From NCBI GenBank assembly GCA_964491475.1, contig CAZBFO010000001.1, positions 327,538 to 391,537 on the forward strand: a DNA stretch of 64,000 nucleotides, read 5' to 3'. A model generated the notes under the pieces. The model worked only from the letters and a program-made list of their open reading frames with translations, searched no databases and had not been told where the DNA came from. Positions 49,522 to 58,888 of the stretch are shown in pieces. Numbering within the stretch: position 1 is the first letter of the stretch; every line of letters starts with the position of its first letter. A program made the position numbers and the translations under genes. This stretch comes from an uncultured Gammaproteobacteria bacterium. GTDB lineage: Bacteria; Patescibacteriota; Patescibacteriia; SG8-24.

Positions 49522-50901
49522 CTACCATCGTACCCCGTGTCCCATGAACCGGAGCAGCTCGTGCCTGATACCGTTGGCCTTGCAGATGTCGGCGTAGACG
49601 TACGCCGAACGGCGCGGCGTGCGCTTCATTGTCGCGTAATCGACCGCTACCAGGCCAAAACGGCCGCTGAAGCCCTTTTCCCACTCGTAGTTGTCCATCA
49701 GCGACCAGTGGAAGTACCCCAGAATCGGCACGCCGGACTTGACGGCATGGTACACCTCCTTGAGCGCCGCCACGATGACGCGCGGGCGCTTGCCGTCGTC
49801 GGCGTTGGCCACGCCATGCTCGGTGATGATGATCGGCTTGCCGTAGCGGTGCATCGACATGATGGCGTCGAAGATGCCCGCAGCGTTGATTTCCCAACCC
49901 AGGTCGCTGACCTCGCGGTTCTCGGTGTGCACTTCGTAGAAGAGCTGCGCGATCTTGGTCGGCACGTACTTCATGCGGTGATGGAAGTAGTAGTTGATGC
50001 CGATGAAATCATGCGCCCCTTTGGTCCAGTTGAAGAACTGGCGGTTGTACACCTTGTCGGCGAACCACACGAACAGGTTGTCCGTGAGCGATTGCTTGCG
50101 GTACGGCTCGAGGGTCATCACGTTCTGGGCGATGCCGACCATGACCGGCGGGACCTTCCCCTCCTTGGCCGCGGGGTCGAGCTCGCGATGCAACGCCCGA
50201 TATCCGGCCTTGTGCGCCAGGCACATCTTGCTGAAGACGTGGATGTTGCGGATGGGACTGGTCACTCCCGGCGGCCAGACGCCGGCGCCGTACGACTGCA
50301 GCAGGTAGACCATCGGTTCGTTCATGGTGATCCAAAAGTCGACCGACTCGCCGTACTCCTTGGCGAGCAGCGTCACGTACCTTTCGTACAGCTTGATGGC
50401 CTTGCCCGATTCCCAACCGCCCTGATCGGCGAACCATTTGGGCAGCGTGAAGTGCCAAGCGGTCAACATCACCTTGAAACCGCGGTCCTTGAGCGCCTTG
50501 AGCACCTTGCGGTAGTGCTCGATCTCGTTCCGGTCCCACTTCCCTTCCTCGGGCTCGATGCGGGCCCACTCCACCGAAAAACGGTGGGCGTTGTGGCCGA
50601 GTTCTTTCGACATGTCGAAGTCCGACTCGTAGCGGTTGTAGTGATCATCGGCGCGACCCGACGGGTTGCCGTCGAGAATGTGTCCGGGAACCTGTTCCCA
50701 AGGATACCAGTCGTTCTTGGTGTTGCCGCCCTCCACCTGATGCGCGGCGGTGGCCGAACCCCACAGGAAACCTTCGGGAAACTTGCGCGTCTCGTGGATG
50801 TGCGGGCGCGCCTGCGGCAGCTCGCTCAAATACTCCATTCCGGAGTGCTCATGGCCGCGCTCTTCCTGGGCGGTATTTTTGGCTTCGGCGGCATCATTCA
50901 T
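49522..50901 (-). CDS. glycoside hydrolase family 1 (beta-glucosidase-like)
   Basis: FLWGSATAAHQVEG, NEP, ITEHG, DNYEW. Confidence 0.93.
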   Translation of the reverse strand: MNDAAEAKNTAQEERGHEHSGMEYLSELPQARPHIHETRKFPEGFLWGSATAAHQVEGGNTKNDWYPWEQVPGHILDGNPSGRADDHYNRYESDFDMSKELGHNAHRFSVEWARIEPEEGKWDRNEIEHYRKVLKALKDRGFKVMLTAWHFTLPKWFADQGGWESGKAIKLYERYVTLLAKEYGESVDFWITMNEPMVYLLQSYGAGVWPPGVTSPIRNIHVFSKMCLAHKAGYRALHRELDPAAKEGKVPPVMVGIAQNVMTLEPYRKQSLTDNLFVWFADKVYNRQFFNWTKGAHDFIGINYYFHHRMKYVPTKIAQLFYEVHTENREVSDLGWEINAAGIFDAIMSMHRYGKPIIITEHGVANADDGKRPRVIVAALKEVYHAVKSGVPILGYFHWSLMDNYEWEKGFSGRFGLVAVDYATMKRTPRRSAYVYADICKANGIRHELLRFMGHGVRW

Positions 50902-51085
50902 ACCACCGTAGTATACCACTTTTTGGCGAACTTCTCAAGCTTATCTAGTCACCTTATAAAAGAGCTTTTTTTGGCTACATATATACAAAAAAACGGCCTT
51001 TTGGAGGTCGCCGAAAGTCGTCAAGCACTTAGCATGACGTTATCACATTTGGACGTTTTTGTCAAGGATGCCGGGCAGTCGATGT

Positions 51086-51613
51086 TCAACCCTTCCGATA
51101 CAGGTGCAGACCCTTGGTGTCGCTTTCCTGCTGCCATTCGGGAAAGGTAAAGGCGAAAGAAATCACCCGGCTGCCCGGGCGCAGTTCGTTTTGCAACTTC
51201 TGCTGCATCCTGGCCATTTGCGTGGTGAATAGGAAGAGCGTCACCACGTCTGCGTCGCGAAAATGCTCTTCCCAATACGAACCCAAGTGAATCTTCGCCT
51301 TGCCTGCCAGGCCTTGCCTCCTGATCTGCCAGTTGGAGTACAGCCACAGGTACGGGCTGATTTCCCAACCGACGGCATTCGCACCCGCTTTGGCGGCAGC
51401 GATGACGATGCGCCCGTCACCCGAGCCCAAATCGTACAGTTTTTCGCCGGGCTTGAGCCCGGTCAGCGCCAACATCGCGTCAACGCGTTCCCGGTCTGTC
51501 GGCAGATACGGCGCGCCGAACAGCGACGCAAAAGCCGTCGTCGCGAAAAGCGCGCCGCCGAGCAGCCCGAGCAAGACTGCGAAGATGACCAAGGCGATCA
51601 ATGCCGGAGACAT
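51086..51613 (-). CDS. class I SAM-dependent methyltransferase with N-terminal TM segment
   Basis: GAPYLPT, DLGSGDGR. Confidence 0.88.
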   Translation of the reverse strand: MSPALIALVIFAVLLGLLGGALFATTAFASLFGAPYLPTDRERVDAMLALTGLKPGEKLYDLGSGDGRIVIAAAKAGANAVGWEISPYLWLYSNWQIRRQGLAGKAKIHLGSYWEEHFRDADVVTLFLFTTQMARMQQKLQNELRPGSRVISFAFTFPEWQQESDTKGLHLYRKG

Positions 51614-51632
51614 AACGAAAAGCCGCCCCCTA

Positions 51633-52085
51633 CTAGAGGATCGGCTCGTCTTCTTCCTGGTGGGGATCCAGATTCTCTTCCCCCGGCTCGTGGCCGACGA
51701 ATCCCGATTCCTCGGGCGTCAGCTCCACCAGTTCCGGCTCCACCTCCAACGGCGCGATTTCGCAGAACTCGTCGAAACCGCCGGCCAGGAACTCGGCGTT
51801 CTTGTAACCGAGCGCCTGGAGGTCTTCGTGAATCTTCTTGATGTCGGTCTCCTGCGTCGGACCGACGATGACCACTACCTTCTGCTCCTTGTTGGGCAGC
51901 AAGTTCTCGATGTTGCTGTGCAGCTCCTTGGCGGGGATGTTCAGCGAGTCCTTGATGTGTCCCGCCTCGAATTCGAGGCGGTCGCGAAGATCGATGACCA
52001 CGTGTTCCTTGGCCTGCTTTCCGTGCAGGTCGAGCAGGTGCTGGCAGGTGACGTGCGGGACGTTGGCGCGGTGTTCGGTAGCCAT
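51633..52085 (-). CDS. rhodanese-like domain protein (no active-site Cys seen)
   Basis: IDLRD...EAGHI...NIP, LAGG. Confidence 0.8.
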   Translation of the reverse strand: MATEHRANVPHVTCQHLLDLHGKQAKEHVVIDLRDRLEFEAGHIKDSLNIPAKELHSNIENLLPNKEQKVVVIVGPTQETDIKKIHEDLQALGYKNAEFLAGGFDEFCEIAPLEVEPELVELTPEESGFVGHEPGEENLDPHQEEDEPIL

Positions 52086-52147
52086 AGCGTATGAAGAGAT
52101 AACGGCGTCAGTGTAGCGGATGAGGCCTTTTTTTGCCAGGCCGCAGG

Positions 52148-53299
52148 TCATTGCAGAGGATCGGCGATATGATAGTTGAGGAAGAATTCCACCGGCACGT
52201 CATGGACCCGTTTGGCCCAGTTATCGCCAAAAACGGTCCGAGCCAAGTCCTCCGTCGGGACCCAGCGGATGGTGCCGATGCTGTCGGTCACCACGTACAC
52301 CTTGGGGTCGGTCTGGATCTTCACTAGCGACCCGGCGCGCATCGTGACGTTCCCGATCAGGCGATATTCGGAAGCGTTCGTCGGAGTAATAAGCTCGACG
52401 TTCTTGAAATCGGGATACCAGGAGAAGTAAGTGGCCTCGTTGGGAAACACCAGGCGGTACGGGCCGTTCAGCAGGCAGTACAGCGACGATGACGTCGGGG
52501 CACTGACTACGTATCCGCACCCGGAATCTTCCTGACGGTACGCCAGATGGGCGCCGTCGAAGCGGGCTGCGTCGGCATGGGTCAGGTAGCGGTCGTGAAG
52601 GCGGCTGCCGAAGGTGTCCATCCAGGCAATCAGGTTCATCACGTCGCCCAGCTCGTAGTCGATGATCTTCCGTTCGCCCGTCTTGTCGTCATCGGTATAA
52701 TTGACGCGATCGGCGATGCCGACGACGTTTCCGCCGGCGTCGACGGCCGGCCCTCCGGAGTAGCCTTGGGTGATGACGGCATCGCTGCCTATGGAGCCGC
52801 GACGGAAGTTCTTGATGCTCCCGTCGGAGGTTTTCATGTCTTCGCCCCCCTCCGGAAAGCCGTAGACCGTCAGATGGTCGCCCACCGTCGCGAACTCGTT
52901 GGTCTTGATCGGAGCCGACGGCAGCGATCCCTTGCCGGATATCTTGGTGCCGAGCTTGAGCACTGCGAAGTCGCGGCTGACGCGCTCGTCAAATATGGCG
53001 TGCTCGACTGTGGCATGGAAATAGGTGTCGGGGACCAAGGAGTCCCCCGTCGCGAAACCGACCACGCATTGCGACGCCAGCTCCTGGTTGTTCGGATTCA
53101 TGGCCACGTGGCCGACGGTGACCACATATCCCCCATCGTTGAGGCTGGTCAGGGCGCCCGTGCCCAAGCGCGTATCGCAGATGATCTTGGCGACCGCGCC
53201 CTGAATGGCGTTGGGCGCCGCCGAAACGGAACCGGCCACGACAAAACCGGCCGCCAACGCTGCGCCCGACATCATTATTTTTCGGCGAAACTGGCGCAT
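52148..53299 (-). CDS. secreted trypsin-like serine protease with CPR-type C-terminal domain
   Basis: Signal peptide; TVGHV, DFAVL, GYSGGP; LVKIQTDPKVYVV tail. Confidence 0.8.
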   Translation of the reverse strand: MRQFRRKIMMSGAALAAGFVVAGSVSAAPNAIQGAVAKIICDTRLGTGALTSLNDGGYVVTVGHVAMNPNNQELASQCVVGFATGDSLVPDTYFHATVEHAIFDERVSRDFAVLKLGTKISGKGSLPSAPIKTNEFATVGDHLTVYGFPEGGEDMKTSDGSIKNFRRGSIGSDAVITQGYSGGPAVDAGGNVVGIADRVNYTDDDKTGERKIIDYELGDVMNLIAWMDTFGSRLHDRYLTHADAARFDGAHLAYRQEDSGCGYVVSAPTSSSLYCLLNGPYRLVFPNEATYFSWYPDFKNVELITPTNASEYRLIGNVTMRAGSLVKIQTDPKVYVVTDSIGTIRWVPTEDLARTVFGDNWAKRVHDVPVEFFLNYHIADPLQ

Positions 53300-53366
53300 G
53301 ACCCCATGATAGCACGGCCTTTCCGCCATAACCAAAACCCGGCCCCTCGCGGGACCGGGCTGCCGA

Positions 53367-55184
53367 TTATTCTTCCTTCTTGCTGTCACGCAGCATGCGC
53401 TTGCGGTCGTTCGGGTCCAGGTAGAGCTTGCGGATGCGGACGTTGAGCGGGGTGACCTCCACCAGCTCGTCGTCGCCGATGTACTCGAGAGCGTCTTCCA
53501 GGCCCATGATGCGCGGGGTGTCGATGCTGTCGGCGCCGCCGTCGCCCTTGGAGCGCATGTTGGACAGCTTCTTTTCCTTGCAGACGTTGACCTCGAGGTC
53601 TTCGGCCTTGGCGTTCTTGCCGACCACCTGGCCGCAGTACACCTGCACGCCGTCGCCCAGGAACAGCTGGCCGCGCTCCTGCGCGGCGACCAGCGCGTAG
53701 TTGCGGGTCTCGCCGGCCTCGAAGGCAATCAGTGAACCGTGCTCGCCGGAGGAAAGCTCGCCCTTGTATTCCTGGTAGCCAAGGAAAAGGCTGTTCATGA
53801 TGCCGAGGCCCTTGGTGTCGGTGAGCAGCTCCGAGCGGTAGCCTATGAGGCCGCGGGTCGGAATCTCGAACTCCAGGTAGGCGATCTTGTTCTCGACCTT
53901 CATGTCCTTCATTTCGGCGCGGCGCTTGCCCATCTTCTCGATGACCACGCCGGAGTGCTCTTCGGGGACTTCCACGGAGACGTGCTCCATCGGTTCCATC
54001 TTCTTGCCGTCGACCTCCTTGATGATGACCTGCGGCTTGGAAACTTGAAGCTCGTAGCCCTCGCGGCGCATCTTTTCGATCAGGATCGAGAGGTGCAGTT
54101 CGCCGCGGCCGGCCATTTCGAACCTGTCGGCGGAATCGGTCGGAAACATCTTGAGGGCCACGTCGGTCTCCAGTTCGCGCTCCAGGCGCTCCTTGATCTG
54201 GCGCGAGGTGGTGTACTGGCCTTCCTTGCCGGCGAACGGCGAAGTGTTGACGCCGAAGGTCATCTTGACGGTCGGCTCCTCGATGGCGATGGTCGGTAGG
54301 GCGATGGGGTTGTTGGGATCGGCGACGGTCTCGCCGATGGAAACGTCGGAAATGCCGGAAATGGCCACGATGTCGCCGGCGAAGACCTCGTCAACTTCCA
54401 GGCGGCTCATGCCCATGAAGGTCATCACGGCGGTGATGCGCACCTTCTTGACGGCCCCGGCGCGGTTGATGTGCGCCACCTCCTGGCCCTTCTTGATGCT
54501 GCCGGAGTACAGGCGGCCGACGGCGATCTTGCCCTTGAAGTTGTCGTAGGAGAGATTGACGGTCAGCATCTGCAACGGGGCAGAGGCGTCGGCCTTGGCG
54601 ACCGGGATGACCTTGAGAATGGTGTCGAATACCGGGACGATGTCGGTCATCGTTGAAAGGTCCGGCTCAAGACCCGCCTTGCCCTGCACGCCCGAGGCGT
54701 AAATCACGGGGAAATCGGTCTGCTCGTCGCTGGCGCCCAGCTCGACGAAAAGGTCGAAGGTCTTGTCCAGGACCCAATCGATGCGCGCTTCCGGCTTGTC
54801 GATCTTGTTGATGACCACGATGATCTTGTGGCCGGCCTGGATGGCCTTGCGCAGCACGAACTTGGTCTGCGGCATCGGGCCTTCCTTGGCGTCCACCAGC
54901 AGGATGGCGCCGTCGACCATGCGCATGATGCGCTCCACTTCGCCGCCGAAGTCGGCGTGGCCGGGGGTGTCGACGATGTTGATTTTTACACCGCCAAACT
55001 CAACGGCCGCGTTCTTGGAGAAAATGGTGATGCCGCGCTCGCGCTCCAGGTCGTTGGAGTCCATGAGCAAGTCTCCCCCGGCCTCCTTTTTGAGGGCGTG
55101 GGACTGGCGAAGCAGGGCGTCCACGAGGGTGGTCTTGCCGTGGTCGACGTGAGCGATGATGGCGACGTTGCGGATTTCTTGCAT
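53367..55184 (-). CDS. typA: translational GTPase TypA/BipA
   Basis: AHVDHGKTT, DTPGHADFGGEVER, GRGELHL. Confidence 0.97.
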   Translation of the reverse strand: MQEIRNVAIIAHVDHGKTTLVDALLRQSHALKKEAGGDLLMDSNDLERERGITIFSKNAAVEFGGVKINIVDTPGHADFGGEVERIMRMVDGAILLVDAKEGPMPQTKFVLRKAIQAGHKIIVVINKIDKPEARIDWVLDKTFDLFVELGASDEQTDFPVIYASGVQGKAGLEPDLSTMTDIVPVFDTILKVIPVAKADASAPLQMLTVNLSYDNFKGKIAVGRLYSGSIKKGQEVAHINRAGAVKKVRITAVMTFMGMSRLEVDEVFAGDIVAISGISDVSIGETVADPNNPIALPTIAIEEPTVKMTFGVNTSPFAGKEGQYTTSRQIKERLERELETDVALKMFPTDSADRFEMAGRGELHLSILIEKMRREGYELQVSKPQVIIKEVDGKKMEPMEHVSVEVPEEHSGVVIEKMGKRRAEMKDMKVENKIAYLEFEIPTRGLIGYRSELLTDTKGLGIMNSLFLGYQEYKGELSSGEHGSLIAFEAGETRNYALVAAQERGQLFLGDGVQVYCGQVVGKNAKAEDLEVNVCKEKKLSNMRSKGDGGADSIDTPRIMGLEDALEYIGDDELVEVTPLNVRIRKLYLDPNDRKRMLRDSKKEE

Positions 55185-55423
55185 ACGTTTGCGGTGCGGG
55201 CGACGGACGGTCCTCCCTGTACGCCAATAAGGCGAAAAAAATGCGCGGAACAAGGTTCCGCTGCGTGGGCCTAAACTATCACGGACAGGTCCGTCTGTCA
55301 ACCTTTACGGGCGCGCCCGGCTTGCCGCAGAGCCCCTGCCGAAACCTTCCAACGCGCGCAAAATCGCGGCCACCGATTAAGGCGGCCGCGAGCGTTCATG
55401 CATTACGGCAGCCTGACCGCCGT

Positions 55424-56407
55424 CTAATTGCTCGGAAGCACGGGTGCCGGGGATTGCCCCTCCGGGACCTGCTGACCGTTATCAGAAGCGGCCGGCTCGT
55501 TGTTCCAGCATTTCTTTTCGCCGGTCGAAAGGACGCCGCAGAGGGTGTAAGTCCTTCCGTCATCACCGACCGAGTATTCGAAATTGTCGGCAAGACCGGC
55601 GGCGTTCGGGTCATTCCAGGCTTCCATCAGGACTTCCTTGAGGGTCGCCGGCAGCGGCCCACGCAGCGCGACGAAGTCGATCACCCCCGGCAATTGGGGA
55701 CCAAATTGCAGGATGGTCTCGTCCCTGCTGGCACGAATCTCCGCGGCCTGTTTGTTTTTCAGCTGCGAAATCTGCTGCTGCATGCCGAACGGCAAGGCTT
55801 CGAGCACCTTGGGGTTGTTCCCGAACGACGCCCAAAGGATCATGCCGAGCAACAGGTAAAAAAGCACAATATACAGCAACCACGAATATCGTTCCGCGCG
55901 TCGGACGTCCATGCCCAAAACGCGTTCCGCCGCACGCGCTTGCTTTGAAAGGAATCTGCGGGACAGGAGATACGTGACGACGGGGACGGCGATGACCTTC
56001 ATTGCGATGCTAAGGACGTCCCCGTGGGACAAAAACGCCGCCACGAGGCGAGGAAGGGGCCAGAAAAGTCCGATTGCCGTCAGGAAAACGACGATCTTTT
56101 CCGCTCGATCGTCATCAACGGCACTTTTGGCGATAACGTAACGGATGCCGAGGAAAAGCCCAGGGACAAGCGCGAGCAGGTACAGCACCAGCTTCAGGAC
56201 GAGCAGAAGCGGCGCAAGGCCGGACAGCGGCGCTTCAGCGTAGCTGACCGCAAGTCCGGCCAGCAGCAGGAAGGGAGCGCTGCCGACGGCTTGGGTTACC
56301 AAAACCGTCGTCACCTGCCAAAACAGGCTCCTGCGCGGTTTGGCGTCAGACGAGGGCGTAGCGGTCGAAGCAGATTGTTGCATGTCCATAGGCACTGATT
56401 CCTCCAT
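55424..56407 (-). CDS. polytopic membrane protein with C-terminal pseudopilin-like domain
   Basis: About 5 TM segments, then LPATL...DP...FEY...YTLCGVL; start uncertain (56407 or 56389). Confidence 0.7.
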   Translation of the reverse strand: MEESVPMDMQQSASTATPSSDAKPRRSLFWQVTTVLVTQAVGSAPFLLLAGLAVSYAEAPLSGLAPLLLVLKLVLYLLALVPGLFLGIRYVIAKSAVDDDRAEKIVVFLTAIGLFWPLPRLVAAFLSHGDVLSIAMKVIAVPVVTYLLSRRFLSKQARAAERVLGMDVRRAERYSWLLYIVLFYLLLGMILWASFGNNPKVLEALPFGMQQQISQLKNKQAAEIRASRDETILQFGPQLPGVIDFVALRGPLPATLKEVLMEAWNDPNAAGLADNFEYSVGDDGRTYTLCGVLSTGEKKCWNNEPAASDNGQQVPEGQSPAPVLPSN

Positions 56408-56529
56408 CCTATTTAACTCGATAACTATAGCAAATCAATTGCTTTTCGGCTCCCTAGCCGTTCTGGCCAAAGCGATTACACATCGCAAAACCGGCCCCAT
56501 TTGAGGGGCCGGTCCGCGCCGGAGCGATG

Positions 56530-57309
56530 TTATTTGAGGGCCTGGTCGACCATGGCCTTGAGCTGCTCGTAAGGGACGGCGCCCGGAACGAGCTGCTTGT
56601 CGCCCTTCTTGTTGACGATGATGGTGCCCGGAGTGCCGTTGACGCCGGCGGTCGAACCGCTGCTCTGGTCGGCGGTAATGCGGGCGTTGTACTTCTTGGA
56701 GGAGTAGCAGGAGTCGAACTTGCCGCGGTTCAAGCCGAGCTTGTCGGCGAGCTGGCCGTAGAAGGCGTCACCTTCGGAGTCCTGCGCGTTGAACAGGCCG
56801 TCGGCGAACTCCCAGAACTTGCCCTGCTCCGAAGCGCACTCGGCGGCGTTGGCTGCCGGAAGCGCGTTGGGGTGGAAGGACAGGGGGAAGTGGCGGTAGA
56901 CCCAGCGCACTTTGCCCTTGTAGGCGGGATCGTTCATGAGCTGCTCCATCGTGGGATGGAAGCGGGAGCAGAACGGACACTGGAAGTCGGAGTACTCGAT
57001 GAGGGTCAGTTCGGCATCCTTCGGGCCGCGGATGTGGTCATCGGCGGAGACGGCCTTCACTTCGCCGACGGCGTCGGGAGCTGCCGAGGGAGCCGCGGCG
57101 GCAGCCGACGGGGACGGTGCCGCAGCCGACGGCGCGGCCGAGCCCGCGCCGAGCGAAAGGCCGGTGCCGCCCTTGAGCATGATCGAGAGCAAGATGAAGA
57201 AGCCGGCCGTGCACAAGACCAGAATGCCGCCGACCAGGCCGAGGACGAAGCTTGCTTTTGGCGATAAAACGATACCTGCGGATGACTTGTGCTGTTCTTC
57301 CATGGACAT
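56530..57309 (-). CDS. DsbA-family thiol-disulfide oxidoreductase
   Basis: EYSDFQCPFC, RHFPL, GTPG; N-terminal TM segment. Confidence 0.92.
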   Translation of the reverse strand: MSMEEQHKSSAGIVLSPKASFVLGLVGGILVLCTAGFFILLSIMLKGGTGLSLGAGSAAPSAAAPSPSAAAAAPSAAPDAVGEVKAVSADDHIRGPKDAELTLIEYSDFQCPFCSRFHPTMEQLMNDPAYKGKVRWVYRHFPLSFHPNALPAANAAECASEQGKFWEFADGLFNAQDSEGDAFYGQLADKLGLNRGKFDSCYSSKKYNARITADQSSGSTAGVNGTPGTIIVNKKGDKQLVPGAVPYEQLKAMVDQALK

Positions 57310-57364
57310 ACGAAAGAGTGAGTGAATTGCGGTGATCCTGCCGGATCGGACTTAGCAATGGGAA

Positions 57365-58396
57365 TTATGGCCGAACCGTCTTGGAGTGTACAGGTTCGGG
57401 GCTCATTATTTTATCGATCGTGTCAACGGGCACTGGGGACATCTGCGGCACCCACACCGAAAAGTAGGGTGAAAAGTTTATCTGGCTCATGTTGGCGGTC
57501 GGTCCGGAAGGGCATTGCTTGGTGTCGTCATCGACGACGGCCAAGGCGCCTGTCGAGGTCAGGGCAAACTGCAAGGCGGCAATGGCCACGGCGGCAAGCG
57601 AAGTGATGGCCGTGTGCCGCGCGGACAGCCTGATGTCTGTCCCCTTTTTGCCGGCCAAGGCCGAAATGCGCGCCGTCAGGTGACCGAAGGCAGGCGCCGT
57701 ACTCGGCAGGAAATCGGTGCGGCTGGCAACGGACTTGAGCAGCGCCGACGCCAGCGGCCGCTGGCCGCAGGTGCCGAGCGCGTTTCGATCGGCGGCGATT
57801 TCCCGGCTTACCGAGAAGTGCGCGGCGATGTCGGCAACCGTCGGAAGGAAAAAGAACGTCCTGCGAAGCGATTCCCAGAGCAGTGCCCGCAACGGATGCC
57901 GTTCCCGACAGTGCCCGTCTTCGTGGGCCAGCACCGCGCGGAGTTCCGCCAAGGTCAAAGCGCTTACCAGCGAGGAAGAAATCACTATGCGCGGAGAAAC
58001 GATGCCGACGGCCACCGCGAACGGGATTGCGTCCCGCACGGTCAGTACCGGTGCGCGGATGCCGGCACTGCGGCGTGCGGCAGAGACGCGAGACGGCTGG
58101 CGCATGCGCCTGCGGCGCACCATTGCGGCGAAACGGCGGACCGTAAGCCATTCCGTGGCCGCAAACGTCGCCAGCTTCAGCAATGACAGCGCGGCGAGCG
58201 CGGCCAGCGCGCAGGTGACTGCCACGGCCACCGCTCCCCGCCTGGCCGAAGCCGCCACCACGAAGTTGCGGCACCAAGTGACCAGAGACAGCGCCCCATC
58301 GCCGACGGAACCCAGGGCGGCAACGGTGGCGGCCAACGCCGCGACGGTTGCGAACGACAGGAACACCGATTGTCGTGAAGTTAAAGTCCTTTCCAT
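57365..58396 (-). CDS. M56 (BlaR1-like) membrane metallopeptidase without penicillin-binding sensor
   Basis: VLAHEDGH, REIAADR, LASALLK, RISAL. Confidence 0.85.
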   Translation of the reverse strand: MERTLTSRQSVFLSFATVAALAATVAALGSVGDGALSLVTWCRNFVVAASARRGAVAVAVTCALAALAALSLLKLATFAATEWLTVRRFAAMVRRRRMRQPSRVSAARRSAGIRAPVLTVRDAIPFAVAVGIVSPRIVISSSLVSALTLAELRAVLAHEDGHCRERHPLRALLWESLRRTFFFLPTVADIAAHFSVSREIAADRNALGTCGQRPLASALLKSVASRTDFLPSTAPAFGHLTARISALAGKKGTDIRLSARHTAITSLAAVAIAALQFALTSTGALAVVDDDTKQCPSGPTANMSQINFSPYFSVWVPQMSPVPVDTIDKIMSPEPVHSKTVRP

Positions 58397-58401
58397 AGCG
58401 T

Positions 58402-58815
58402 CTAGGCCTCCTCGATCAGCTTCTTGAGTCGGCGCAGGTCCTCTTCCGAACATCCCTTGATGGCCTCCGCGAAGCCGGCCATCTGGAAGAGCGAACCGTC
58501 GCGGACGATTGCGCTGACCACCGACCTGGTGACTTCGCGCAGGAACGATTCCTTGGGCACCGCCGCCTGATAGGCGAACGAACCGCCGACCGACTGCTTC
58601 TTGAGCAGCTTCTTCTCTACCAACCGGTTCATCACCGTCATCACCGTGTTGAACGAGTAGGCCTTCTTGCGCTTGAGCGTCTCGCGGACGTCGCGCACGG
58701 TCAGCGTCCCCTTTTCCCAAATCGCGTCCATGACTTCGGCTTCGAGGAAGCCGAGCACCTTGGAAAGCCCGTCCTGATCGAGCTTCAGGCTCTTGAGTTG
58801 AAATCGCATAGGCAT
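58402..58815 (-). CDS. BlaI/MecI/CopY-family repressor
   Basis: LEAEVMDAIW, TVMTVMNRLVEKK; start 58815 or 58809. Confidence 0.92.
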   Translation of the reverse strand: MPMRFQLKSLKLDQDGLSKVLGFLEAEVMDAIWEKGTLTVRDVRETLKRKKAYSFNTVMTVMNRLVEKKLLKKQSVGGSFAYQAAVPKESFLREVTRSVVSAIVRDGSLFQMAGFAEAIKGCSEEDLRRLKKLIEEA

Positions 58816-58825
58816 GTGACAAGCG

Positions 58826-58850
58826 TTAACACTACCTAGTGTAGTGTTAA
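58826..58850. promoter_or_regulatory. BlaI-type operator, perfect 10-bp inverted repeat overlapping the -10 box
   Basis: TTAACACTAC-ctagt-GTAGTGTTAA; minus-strand promoter TTGCGG-17-TACACT at 58838-58866. Confidence 0.8.
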
Positions 58851-58888
58851 ACCGCCTCGGCCGCAAGCCGCTGTTATCCACAACCGAA

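Noticed and set aside
9260-58822. Long N-terminal extensions in the track for rarA, the redoxin, glyA, rsmH, the RNase, the protease at 52148 and M56
   Set aside because: They overlap neighbouring genes or promoters, and homology begins at downstream ATGs.
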